From contig NZ_CP007496.1 of NCBI RefSeq assembly GCF_000803625.1, positions 540,001 through 572,000 on the forward strand: a stretch of DNA of 32,000 bases. The letters run 5' to 3'. A model generated the notes under the pieces. It did no database searches. It was not told the DNA's origin and was given only the letters and a program-made list of their open reading frames with translations. Shown one piece after another: positions 17,547 to 25,809 of this stretch. The stretch's first letter is position 1. Each line of letters begins with the position of its first letter. The stretch is from Candidatus Nanosynbacter lyticus (lineage in GTDB: Bacteria > Patescibacteriota > Saccharimonadia > Saccharimonadales > Saccharimonadaceae). The position numbers and the translations under genes are program-made.

Positions 17547-19059
17547 CTACTTCAATTTCAGCACCCAAAGAATTTAAGCGAGCAGCCAGTTCTTCGTAGC
17601 CACGGTTAATTGAATACACATCCCTTAGAATAGACACGCCTGGCGCCGCCAGCATCGCAAGCAATATAACAACAGACGGACGAAGCGCTGGTGGAGCAAC
17701 AACATCAGCAGATTTCCATTTTGTTGGACCAGTGATATAAACGCGGTGCGGATCGACTAGCTCAATTTGCGCGTTCAACTTACTAAGCTCGGTGAAATAA
17801 ATTGCTCGGTTTTCATAGCTCCAATCATGCACCAACGTACGACCTTTAGCAACCGTTGCAATAAGCCCCAGAAACGGCAGATTATCCATATTAATTCCAG
17901 GAAACGGCAAAGCATGCAGCTTGTCTTTGGCGGCCTGGAGCTTGGAGCGATACAGCATAATGTCCACCAAACGAGTCTGCCCATTGTCAGCCAGATATTC
18001 CTCGCTCAGCTCAAACTTAAGACCCATCTCTGCTAACGTAGCTAACTCAATTTCCAAAAACTCAATTGGTGCACGACGAATAGTAATTTCTGAATCTGTC
18101 ACCACGCCAGCCGCAATAAAACTCATCGCCTCAATTGGATCTTCGCTTGGGTAATAATCCAAATTTTTGCTAATTCGTTTACGTCCTGTAATTTTTAGAG
18201 TCGTCGTTCCAATTCCCTCTATTTTTACACCCAGCTTCTTTAAGAAAAAGCAAACATCCTGAACCATGTAATTTGGGCTAGCATTGCGAATGATAGTCGT
18301 ATCTGGAGAAAGCGCCGCCGCCATAATAATATTTTCAGTTACTGTATCGCCACGCTCCGTTAAAAGAATCGTCCGATCGCCAGAATGGACATTGGTTTTC
18401 GCATGATAATAATCAGTTTCTGCCGTTACACTCATGCCAAAATGTCTTAACCCGCTCAAGTGAGGCTCCACTGTGCGCTTACCCAAGTTACAGCCGCCCG
18501 CAAACGGCAGCTTAAAATCCTCATATTGGTAAAGTAGTGGGCCTAGGAACATAATCACCGTACGCGTACGCTTAGCAGCGGTAATATCCATATCCTCCAG
18601 CTTTAGCCTAGCAGGGGGAATAATCTCCAAATCACTACCGTTCAACCAGCGAGTTTTAACACCAATTGAATTTAGAACCTCAATAATCCGATTAACTTCC
18701 TCAATTCGTGCCACCTTCCTGAGGGTTGTCTTACCCTTATTTAGCAAGCTTGCGCAAAGGAGCCCCACTGCAGCATTTTTACTTGTCTTGACCTGTATCT
18801 CACCAGACAATTTTTTTCCGCCAGACACTCTAAAATTCATTTTTCCAGAATGATTCACAGTCACGATATTATTATTAAGCACTTCACTAATACGAGCAAT
18901 CATCTCAATACTAATATTCTGACCACCGTTTTCAATACGATTAATGGCACTCTGAGATGTACCAATTGCTTCAGCCAACTGCATCTGCGTTAACCCTTGC
19001 TTTTGGCGATTTTCAGCAATTAAATTGCCGATTTTTTGAAGATACTTATCTTTTATCAT
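17536..19059 (-). CDS. murA: UDP-GlcNAc 1-carboxyvinyltransferase (MurA family) with an N-terminal XRE-type HTH domain
   Basis: N-term AENRQKQGLTQMQLAEAIGTSQSAINRIENG (HTH_XRE), then TSKNAAVGLL, AGGCNLGKR (catalytic Cys region), FPGINMDN, LRPS..., INRGYEELAARLNSLGA. Confidence 0.9.
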   Translation of the reverse strand: MIKDKYLQKIGNLIAENRQKQGLTQMQLAEAIGTSQSAINRIENGGQNISIEMIARISEVLNNNIVTVNHSGKMNFRVSGGKKLSGEIQVKTSKNAAVGLLCASLLNKGKTTLRKVARIEEVNRIIEVLNSIGVKTRWLNGSDLEIIPPARLKLEDMDITAAKRTRTVIMFLGPLLYQYEDFKLPFAGGCNLGKRTVEPHLSGLRHFGMSVTAETDYYHAKTNVHSGDRTILLTERGDTVTENIIMAAALSPDTTIIRNASPNYMVQDVCFFLKKLGVKIEGIGTTTLKITGRKRISKNLDYYPSEDPIEAMSFIAAGVVTDSEITIRRAPIEFLEIELATLAEMGLKFELSEEYLADNGQTRLVDIMLYRSKLQAAKDKLHALPFPGINMDNLPFLGLIATVAKGRTLVHDWSYENRAIYFTELSKLNAQIELVDPHRVYITGPTKWKSADVVAPPALRPSVVILLAMLAAPGVSILRDVYSINRGYEELAARLNSLGAEIEVVIE

Positions 19060-19065
19060 GCGTAG

Positions 19066-19074
19066 ATTATATCA
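19066..19074 (-). promoter_or_regulatory. Extended -10 TGATATAAT, 6 nt before the HTH-MurA ATG
   Basis: Reverse strand TGATATAATCTACGCATG. Confidence 0.62.
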
Positions 19075-19094
19075 CTAATGATATATACAGGCAA

Positions 19095-19103
19095 TGATAT
19101 AAT
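19095..19103 (+). promoter_or_regulatory. Extended -10 TGATATAAT for glyA, which has a short leader with GGAGG
   Basis: TGATATAATGGATATTATTGGAGGCACATACATG. Confidence 0.6.
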
Positions 19104-19125
19104 GGATATTATTGGAGGCACATAC

Positions 19126-20394
19126 ATGAAAGATAAGCAAATTGAGCAACTTATAAAAGCAGAAAAAATCCGCCAAACAGACGGTTTGGAATTAATTCCT
19201 AGTGAAAATTATGTGTCATCAGACGTGCTGAAAGCGCTAGGTAGCGTTTTTACCAACAAATACTCTGAGGGCTATCCTGGACGCCGCTATTACGGTGGAC
19301 AAGAAAACACTGACCAAATTGAACAAATTGCAATCGACCGCGCCAAGCAATTATTCGGAGCTGATCACGCTAATGTTCAGCCACATTCTGGAGCCCAGGC
19401 CAACGAAGCCGTCTATTACGCGTGGTGTGAGCCAGGCGACACCATTCTGGCGATGGACTTGGCACATGGCGGACACTTGACGCACGGCGCGTCAGTAACT
19501 CGTAGTGCGCGCGAGTATAATTTCATTCGCTACGGTATTAAGGATGTAGAAACTGGTGAAATTGATTATGAAGAGATTCGGCAATTGGCGTTAAAACATA
19601 AACCAAAAATTATCTTAGCTGGCTTTTCAGCGTACCCCCGAGAATTAGACTATGAAAAATTTGCCGAAATTGGCAATGAGATTGGTGCCATGCTGATGGC
19701 GGATATGAGTCACATTGCTGGATTGATTGTTGGTGGCGTTGCTAAAAATCCATTCGACTACGGTTTTCATGTTATTACCACCACCACACACAAAACCTTA
19801 CGTGGTCCGCGTGGCGGTTTAATCCTCAGCCGTGGCGTTGTCGGTAACCCACTGAAAAAGCCAGAAAAAACTCTCGAGAATCTACCGACGTTGATTGATA
19901 GAGCAGTATTCCCCGGCACACAAGGCGGTCCACACATGCATACCATCGCCGCTAAAGCCGTCGCGTTTGGTGAGGCGCTACAGCCAGAATTCAAAGATTA
20001 CGCTGAGCAAATTGTTAAGAACGCAAAAAAGCTAGCAGAAGAATTGCAAAAACGAGATTTTAAACTAGTTACTGGAGGCACTAACAACCATCTTATTTTG
20101 GCAGATGTTTACAATAGTTTTGGAATTGACGGTAAAGAAGCGGAAATTGCTATGGATAAGATAGGCCTAACCCTAAACGCCAACGCTACACCAAATGACA
20201 GTTTGACACGCTTTCGACCAAGCGGCATTCGCCTAGGAACTCCCGCCGTTACCACACGCGGAGCCAAAGAGGCGGATATGGAAAAAATAGCCGAATGGAT
20301 GAAACAGGCAATCAATCATCGTGACAGCGAAGAGAGACTAGTCAAACTCCGCCAAGAGGTCAAACATTTCTGCCAAACATTAAGCGCCATTTAA
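19126..20394 (+). CDS. glyA: Serine hydroxymethyltransferase
   Basis: LIPSENYVS, GYPGRRYYGG, NVQPHSGAQAN, DMSHIAGLI, VITTTTHKTLRGPRGG, RLGTPA. Start placed at the ATG after GGAGG rather than the track's 19078. Confidence 0.96.
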   Translation: MKDKQIEQLIKAEKIRQTDGLELIPSENYVSSDVLKALGSVFTNKYSEGYPGRRYYGGQENTDQIEQIAIDRAKQLFGADHANVQPHSGAQANEAVYYAWCEPGDTILAMDLAHGGHLTHGASVTRSAREYNFIRYGIKDVETGEIDYEEIRQLALKHKPKIILAGFSAYPRELDYEKFAEIGNEIGAMLMADMSHIAGLIVGGVAKNPFDYGFHVITTTTHKTLRGPRGGLILSRGVVGNPLKKPEKTLENLPTLIDRAVFPGTQGGPHMHTIAAKAVAFGEALQPEFKDYAEQIVKNAKKLAEELQKRDFKLVTGGTNNHLILADVYNSFGIDGKEAEIAMDKIGLTLNANATPNDSLTRFRPSGIRLGTPAVTTRGAKEADMEKIAEWMKQAINHRDSEERLVKLRQEVKHFCQTLSAI

Positions 20395-20406
20395 TTCCTA
20401 AAACAT

Positions 20407-20440
20407 AATAAAACTCCGGTACTATGACCGGAGTTTTATT
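20407..20440. terminator. Bidirectional terminator between convergent glyA and the pilin gene
   Basis: AATAAAACTCCGGT-actatg-ACCGGAGTTTTATT perfect inverted repeat. Confidence 0.9.
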
Positions 20441-20456
20441 ATTGGTATATGACTGA

Positions 20457-20882
20457 TTAACAGCCAGTACCAACTATGCGAGTCTCAACAGTATTCTTAC
20501 TGTAGTCGTAGTACTCAATCTTTGCACCCGTTGGGTCGCCGGTACCACACTTAGTGTATTTAACTGTTGTAGTTGGAGTACTTGAACCAAAAGTACCAGT
20601 ACCTAATTCAGCAACATTGGCTGGAGCAATGTAGTAAGACTTCTTTGTGTCTGCACCAGTCAAGTCTGAAACCTGAGCTGGATACTTACCCTCTTCGGTG
20701 TTGTACAGTTCAGCTTTCTTAGCAACTGAGTCAACTGTTGATTTAGCAGCTGATGTCTTTGCCTGGTTCTGCAAACCGTTGTATGCAACCAAAGAAACAA
20801 CTGTCAAAATCGCGATAATCACGATAACAATCAAAAGCTCAACGAGCGTAAAACCTTGATTTTTAATATTCTTTGTAGTCAC
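20457..20882 (-). CDS. Type IV pilin (major-pilin-like), GTG start
   Basis: Prepilin signature NQG|FTLVELLIVIVIIAILTVVSLVAYNGL with Glu5; C-terminal cysteine pair. Confidence 0.92.
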   Translation of the reverse strand: MTTKNIKNQGFTLVELLIVIVIIAILTVVSLVAYNGLQNQAKTSAAKSTVDSVAKKAELYNTEEGKYPAQVSDLTGADTKKSYYIAPANVAELGTGTFGSSTPTTTVKYTKCGTGDPTGAKIEYYDYSKNTVETRIVGTGC

Positions 20883-20960
20883 GATAATGTGCCCCCTAAA
20901 TTGTGTTAGTTTGATTTGTAATTTGATAATACTACAACGTATTTAAAAGCGCAAGCATTT

Positions 20961-22691
20961 TTAATATATATATCGATTCTGGACTGGACGAAGGAATAAT
21001 GACTCTGTTGGACTAAACCTATTATTCTCACTACCTGAAGTTCCGTCACCAATCTGCCCATTATCATTTAATCCCCAACAGTAAGAACGCTTATTTGTCA
21101 TAATTGCACAACCGCGGTTTGCTCCCGCCGCAATGTCCACTACCGACTCTGTTGGCGGCAATCCACCAATACCAACATAAACAGGCTTCGGACTGGTAGA
21201 AAATTGTGGAGTATTAGAATTAATCCCCAGCTGACCAAGCTTATTATCACCCCAGCAATATACCTTCTTATTGCCATGATCGTTCACTAAGGCACAAGAG
21301 TGAGCAATCCCAACCTCAATTCGTAGCGGAACTCCCGGTAGACTATTAACTTGTACTGGCTGAAAATGCGCACCAAAGGCACCATGGCCCAGAGGACCAG
21401 ACTGCCCGCGACCAGCACCACCCCAACAATACACCTTACCTGAGGCAATAGCGCAGGTATGAGATACGTAGGCATGATCTGACGCCCAAGTATAACCATC
21501 TTGAGATATATCAGTTACATTTTCTAAGTCCTTAACTCGAGTAGCGTAACTGTAGTGATTACCAGATATTGGACCAATACCCATCTGGCCAAACCTGGCT
21601 AGACCCCAACAATAAGCCCTTTTTTCAGTAGTTATAGCACACATTGTTTGCGAGCGCGATCCACCGGTTGCCAACTTAGTTGCAAAATAATTACTAGGAA
21701 GTCTATTATGGCCGCCTGAGTTAATCTGCACTGGCGTAGCACGAAATCCAGGGTTTCCAGGATTTCCGAAGCCCAATTGGCCCATATTGTTCCGACCCCA
21801 GCAGTAAATTTTACCAGACACAATAGCACAGGAGACGTCACCAGTTCCTCCAATTGACGTAACGTCTTTACCTACGAGAGCGCCACCAACCTCAACCGGA
21901 ACACTAGAATAATTACCCTCCCCAGATGACCCATTGCCTAGCTGACCGTCTTTATTACTACCCCAACAATATACTTTTTTATTACTGCCCAGCTGAGTTA
22001 GTACGCAGCTGTGGTGCTGTGCTGTAAATATATCAATAATCTTTCCATATTTCATGTCACCAACAGAACGAACTTTTACTGGAATATTGGAGTCGTTGGT
22101 AGTGCCATCCCCTAATTGACCCATATTATTACTACCCCAACACCATACGTTGTTTGACAGAATCGCACAGGTGCGGTTAGTGCCACTCACTGTGCGCGTT
22201 GCGTCGATATCAGCCGGCCAGGTCACAGACTTTTTAACAATAACTGTATAGGTTTTTATTACTCTGCTACCGCTCATCACTTCAGTTCTACCAATAGCGG
22301 AAATCTGAGCAGTAGCGGCTGACAGTGCTGACGCTTTAGTCGAAGCCTCTAATTTACCAACCTCAAAATTTGTTCGCAATTTACCATTTTCAAATACATA
22401 TTTATTCCCACTAAACTTTACCGCCCCCAAACAGTCAGTTTCCGGGCGAAGCGGGCCTGCACTGCCGGCAGCTGGAGTCCACGATTGCTCTGCATTATTA
22501 GCATCCAGACAGGCGTTGGCATATGCTGTACCCGCCTCACCAGCTTCTTGGGCTAATTTATAATAATATTCCTCCTGCGAGTAGATATATGACTGCGTCA
22601 CAACTCTCATAGCGCCCGCCAAAACCACTAATATAAAGGTGCTCATAAGCACGATTAGCACCAAGGAGTAGCCGTCTTTTTTTCGCATCAT
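20961..22691 (-). CDS. Pilin-like (PilX/GspK-like) N-terminus fused to a seven-repeat RCC1 beta-propeller
   Basis: N-term MMRKKDG|YSLVLIVLMSTFILVVLAGAMRVVTQSYIYSQEEYYYKLAQEAGEAG; seven CWG repeats (VWCWGSNNMGQLGDG ... SYCWGLNDNGQIGDG), each preceded by a C-A/V-I/L-type strand. Confidence 0.9.
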   Translation of the reverse strand: MMRKKDGYSLVLIVLMSTFILVVLAGAMRVVTQSYIYSQEEYYYKLAQEAGEAGTAYANACLDANNAEQSWTPAAGSAGPLRPETDCLGAVKFSGNKYVFENGKLRTNFEVGKLEASTKASALSAATAQISAIGRTEVMSGSRVIKTYTVIVKKSVTWPADIDATRTVSGTNRTCAILSNNVWCWGSNNMGQLGDGTTNDSNIPVKVRSVGDMKYGKIIDIFTAQHHSCVLTQLGSNKKVYCWGSNKDGQLGNGSSGEGNYSSVPVEVGGALVGKDVTSIGGTGDVSCAIVSGKIYCWGRNNMGQLGFGNPGNPGFRATPVQINSGGHNRLPSNYFATKLATGGSRSQTMCAITTEKRAYCWGLARFGQMGIGPISGNHYSYATRVKDLENVTDISQDGYTWASDHAYVSHTCAIASGKVYCWGGAGRGQSGPLGHGAFGAHFQPVQVNSLPGVPLRIEVGIAHSCALVNDHGNKKVYCWGDNKLGQLGINSNTPQFSTSPKPVYVGIGGLPPTESVVDIAAGANRGCAIMTNKRSYCWGLNDNGQIGDGTSGSENNRFSPTESLFLRPVQNRYIY

Positions 22692-23515
22692 AAGTTATTA
22701 ATCTTTCGTATAGTTAATGTTTGTGATTCAGAAATCTGTTTACTTGGCGACTGTAATTTTAAAGTAACTACTACATTATCAGCAGAATCAAGTATCCCTG
22801 GGTAGCTTTTAACTACATCGTATTGATCAGGTATTTTCGTTTTCCCCTCGTAATACTCAACTTCGAATTCAGAAACACCGGTTGCTAAAATTGAATCTTG
22901 ATGAACCTTCATGGCTCGGTCTTTAAATTTATTAGCCTCTACATTATTCATACAGAAATAATTACCAGCAGACCCCGAGTATGGATGTCCATACGGGTCA
23001 ATCATGTCGTTATAGATAGTACGTCTATGCAATTCTCCGTTATTTAAGAAATATATTATTATTTTTTTATACTTAGGCTGCTGAGTCTTCTTAGTCGCAC
23101 AGTCGCCGCCTGGAGTTCTTAGATAAACAATCTGCCTCGAGTCTGCACCATGTCCCATAGTGGTCGCATATTGTAGCAATATCAGGACCCTATTTGTCCC
23201 GTTGACGTATGGTGTATTCATGTAGCTCCAGCTATGCCCAGCTCCAGAAAAACTCCTATCTACAGCGAACGTATCATAACCGTCATAGCCACTGGCTTTA
23301 AATCGCACTGCCTGCCGTACATCAGTTTCAATTGCATCCATGGAGTTGTGAAGATTGCGGTTAATATCAACCCTAGCCCGACTAATAGAAGCGCTTTGAT
23401 TTGACGAGACCAGCATCTGGCTAAAGACACCGACGACCATAGCAATAATTACCATTACTAATACTAATTCGGTTATTGTGAATCCATTTTCTTTAGAATG
23501 CTGCGTATGTTGCAT
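22688..23515 (-). CDS. Minor pilin, PilW/GspJ-like
   Basis: ENG|FTITELVLVMVIIAMVVGVFSQMLV with Glu5; 275 aa. Stop overlaps the next start as ATGA. Confidence 0.82.
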   Translation of the reverse strand: MQHTQHSKENGFTITELVLVMVIIAMVVGVFSQMLVSSNQSASISRARVDINRNLHNSMDAIETDVRQAVRFKASGYDGYDTFAVDRSFSGAGHSWSYMNTPYVNGTNRVLILLQYATTMGHGADSRQIVYLRTPGGDCATKKTQQPKYKKIIIYFLNNGELHRRTIYNDMIDPYGHPYSGSAGNYFCMNNVEANKFKDRAMKVHQDSILATGVSEFEVEYYEGKTKIPDQYDVVKSYPGILDSADNVVVTLKLQSPSKQISESQTLTIRKINNL

Positions 23516-23960
23516 GTGTCACCTTTCTTCCACTGCCAACCCCAGAAGACGGCAATCCATATTCTACTACTGACTCTACCTTAACCGGCATACCTAAGCT
23601 AGACTTGCCACCACCACTACTACTAGCATCCTTACATCCATACGGCGCCGAAGCATACACCTCCTGCCTCACCATACCTGGCAAGCCATCAACACTCTCC
23701 GTTCTTTCCATAACTCTATATCTAGTACCAGATGAACCAGTGTTACACTTAAACCATGACGGCGGAGAGTCGTTCGCGTAACGACGCATATTATTGTAGG
23801 CCAGAAAACTTGCCTTCGTTTGCTGCGCACTCAATACTGAAATTGTACTGACCTGAGCTTGCATACTTAATATGACAACCATAAAAATACCAATAACAAC
23901 CAGTGTCACTGCCACCTCAACTATTGTAAAGCCCTCGCTTCTATTTACTAGTCGCGCCAT
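23493..23960 (-). CDS. Minor pilin, PilV/GspI-like
   Basis: SEG|FTIVEVAVTLVVIGIFMVVIL with Glu5; 155 aa; overlaps both neighbours. Confidence 0.8.
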   Translation of the reverse strand: MARLVNRSEGFTIVEVAVTLVVIGIFMVVILSMQAQVSTISVLSAQQTKASFLAYNNMRRYANDSPPSWFKCNTGSSGTRYRVMERTESVDGLPGMVRQEVYASAPYGCKDASSSGGGKSSLGMPVKVESVVEYGLPSSGVGSGRKVTHATYAAF

Positions 23961-24433
23961 ATACTATCCACCTTTTTTTCTGCCCCAGTGGACAAATCTT
24001 TATACGTGATACTATGCCTGACGCAAGTTGCTGCAACTATATCAGATGGCGCGCCAGATGCCGGCTTAGTGCAGTCATGTCCATCAATATTTGAGGCTTC
24101 ATATAATATTTCGCCGTTACTTCCGCCAGCCCAGTCGCTACGACTACACTTTATCATTTCCTTTTTCAAAGAATCGCCTCCTACAATTGACGAAAAATTC
24201 CTGGTTAAATCACCACACGACGGATATTCATGCCCGATGCCGCTTGTATTGTTATATTTATAATACCTCTCCAGCTTTAGTGATAGCTCGGAAATATTAG
24301 CTCGCTGTTTTTCTCTTTTAATGAGATTTGAAAATCTTTCACTACCAACAAAGGTGAGGCCCGCTAAAATTGACACGACTACAATAATTATCGCCAACTC
24401 GATTAACGTATAACCACCCATCCTACGATTCAT
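23948..24433 (-). CDS. Minor pilin, GspH/FimU/PilE-like; first gene of the operon
   Basis: MGG|YTLIELAIIIVVVSILAGLTFVG with Glu5. ATG at 24433 lies 7 nt after TACAAT; the track start is 24439. Confidence 0.8.
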   Translation of the reverse strand: MNRRMGGYTLIELAIIIVVVSILAGLTFVGSERFSNLIKREKQRANISELSLKLERYYKYNNTSGIGHEYPSCGDLTRNFSSIVGGDSLKKEMIKCSRSDWAGGSNGEILYEASNIDGHDCTKPASGAPSDIVAATCVRHSITYKDLSTGAEKKVDSIWRD

Positions 24434-24475
24434 ATTCAATATTGTAGCGCAGTTTTACAAAAAAGCCTATGCTTA

Positions 24476-25501
24476 TTACAAAGAAAGTTCCAACGGTTCT
24501 TGTTCAATTCTTATACCAAATTTATCATACACCGTTTGAATAATTTGCTCACGAATTGCCGCTAAATCGCCATAGCCAGTTGCCGACTCATTTACCAGCA
24601 CAAGAGCATTTTTTTCATAAACCCTCATACCATGACTAGCAAAACCTTTCAGTCCAGCTCTATCAATCAGCCAGCCTGTTGGTACTTTATATCTTCCGTC
24701 AGACATAGCATAATTTGGCACATCACTATACTCTTTTTGCAGTTGTTCCAATTGCCATTTTTCGATCAAAGCGTTCTTGAAAAAAGAGCCTGCGCTAGGT
24801 ATCTCAGCCGGATCTGGCAATTTTTCCGAGCGAATATTAAGCACCGCTACACGAATTACCGACAAATTAACTTCACGAATATCATTATCTTCAATATATT
24901 TTTGTAGCGAAGCATAAAATGGCGGCCTTGGTTCTGCTTTATTTAATCTTAGAGTAATATTTAAAATACAGTAACGGCCCTTTTGACTATCACGAAAAAT
25001 ACTATTGCGATAAGAGAAATCACATTCATCAGCAGAAATCGTCACAATTGAATCAGTTTTCGAATCGTATGCTTCTAAACTAACTAAAGTATCAGCGATC
25101 TCTTGTCCGTAAGCGCCAACATTCTGAACGGGTGCAGCACCGGCAGTTCCCGGAATTCCCGACATAGCCTCAATTCCCTGAAGCCCCAGACCAACAGCCC
25201 GTTCAACAACTTCATCCCAAACTTCGCCCGCACCAATCTTGATATCTGTCGTATCGTCATTATCAGCAACGACCTCAAACCCCTCGATCTTATTCAACAG
25301 AATGATTCCCTCAAATGTTTCGTCGCGTGTGATGACATTACTGCCGCCACCCAGCACAAAGATGGGTAAATTTTCCTTTCGGGCATTCCGATATAAAGTT
25401 ACAACATCGCTAGCAGAATTTACAGCCACCATATAGCGTGTTTCACCGCCTAATTTCATAGTCGTATACTGCTTCAATGGTACGTTCGTCATGACATCCA
25501 T
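24476..25501 (-). CDS. murB: UDP-N-acetylenolpyruvoylglucosamine reductase
   Basis: TTMKLGG, LGGGSNVITRD, GIEAMSGIPGTAGAAPVQNVGAYGQEI, SAGSFFKN, GWLIDRAGLKG. Confidence 0.94.
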   Translation of the reverse strand: MDVMTNVPLKQYTTMKLGGETRYMVAVNSASDVVTLYRNARKENLPIFVLGGGSNVITRDETFEGIILLNKIEGFEVVADNDDTTDIKIGAGEVWDEVVERAVGLGLQGIEAMSGIPGTAGAAPVQNVGAYGQEIADTLVSLEAYDSKTDSIVTISADECDFSYRNSIFRDSQKGRYCILNITLRLNKAEPRPPFYASLQKYIEDNDIREVNLSVIRVAVLNIRSEKLPDPAEIPSAGSFFKNALIEKWQLEQLQKEYSDVPNYAMSDGRYKVPTGWLIDRAGLKGFASHGMRVYEKNALVLVNESATGYGDLAAIREQIIQTVYDKFGIRIEQEPLELSL

Positions 25502-25507
25502 GTGTAT

Positions 25508-25516
25508 ATTATATCA
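25508..25516 (-). promoter_or_regulatory. Extended -10 TGATATAAT, 6 nt before the murB ATG
   Basis: Reverse strand TGATATAATATACACATG. Confidence 0.62.
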
Positions 25517-25536
25517 TTTTACTCGGTCGCCATCTA

Positions 25537-25545
25537 TGCTATAAT
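25537..25545 (+). promoter_or_regulatory. Extended -10 TGCTATAAT for the tRNA-Arg pair
   Basis: 10 nt upstream of the tRNA 5' end at 25556. Confidence 0.6.
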
Positions 25546-25555
25546 ACCTCTGTAT

Positions 25556-25632
25556 GCACCCGTAGCTCAGCGGATTAGAGTACTTGGCTTCGAACCAAGG
25601 GGTCGCAAGTTCGAATCTTGCCGGGTGTACCA
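25556..25632 (+). tRNA. tRNA-Arg(TCG), CCA encoded
   Basis: Anticodon arm CTTGG-CTTCGAA-CCAAG; T-arm GCAAG-TTCGAAT-CTTGC; acceptor GCACCCG/CGGGTGT. Confidence 0.94.
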
Positions 25633-25656
25633 TTTTATTGAATTAACAAGACACAC

Positions 25657-25733
25657 GCCCCGTTAGCTCAACTGGATAGAGCGTTGGTTTCCGGTACCAA
25701 AGGTTGCAGGTTCGATTCCTGTGCGGGGTACCA
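25657..25733 (+). tRNA. tRNA-Arg(CCG), CCA encoded
   Basis: Anticodon arm TTGGT-TTCCGGT-ACCAA; T-arm GCAGG-TTCGATT-CCTGT; acceptor GCCCCGT/GCGGGGT. Confidence 0.94.
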
Positions 25734-25739
25734 GATTAG

Positions 25740-25760
25740 CCCGTTATTGTGACGGGTTTT
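25740..25760 (+). terminator. Rho-independent terminator after the tRNA-Arg pair
   Basis: CCCGT-tattgtg-ACGGG-TTTT. Confidence 0.6.
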
Positions 25761-25809
25761 AATTATATCTATAAATTGCTTACTTTTTATATTAAATAGT
25801 GGTATAAAT

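Noticed and set aside
20961-22691. RCC1 repeats considered as eukaryotic contamination or misassembly
   Set aside because: The ORF is continuous with a bacterial pilin-like N-terminus and sits in a coupled pilin operon; RCC1-like repeats also occur in bacteria.
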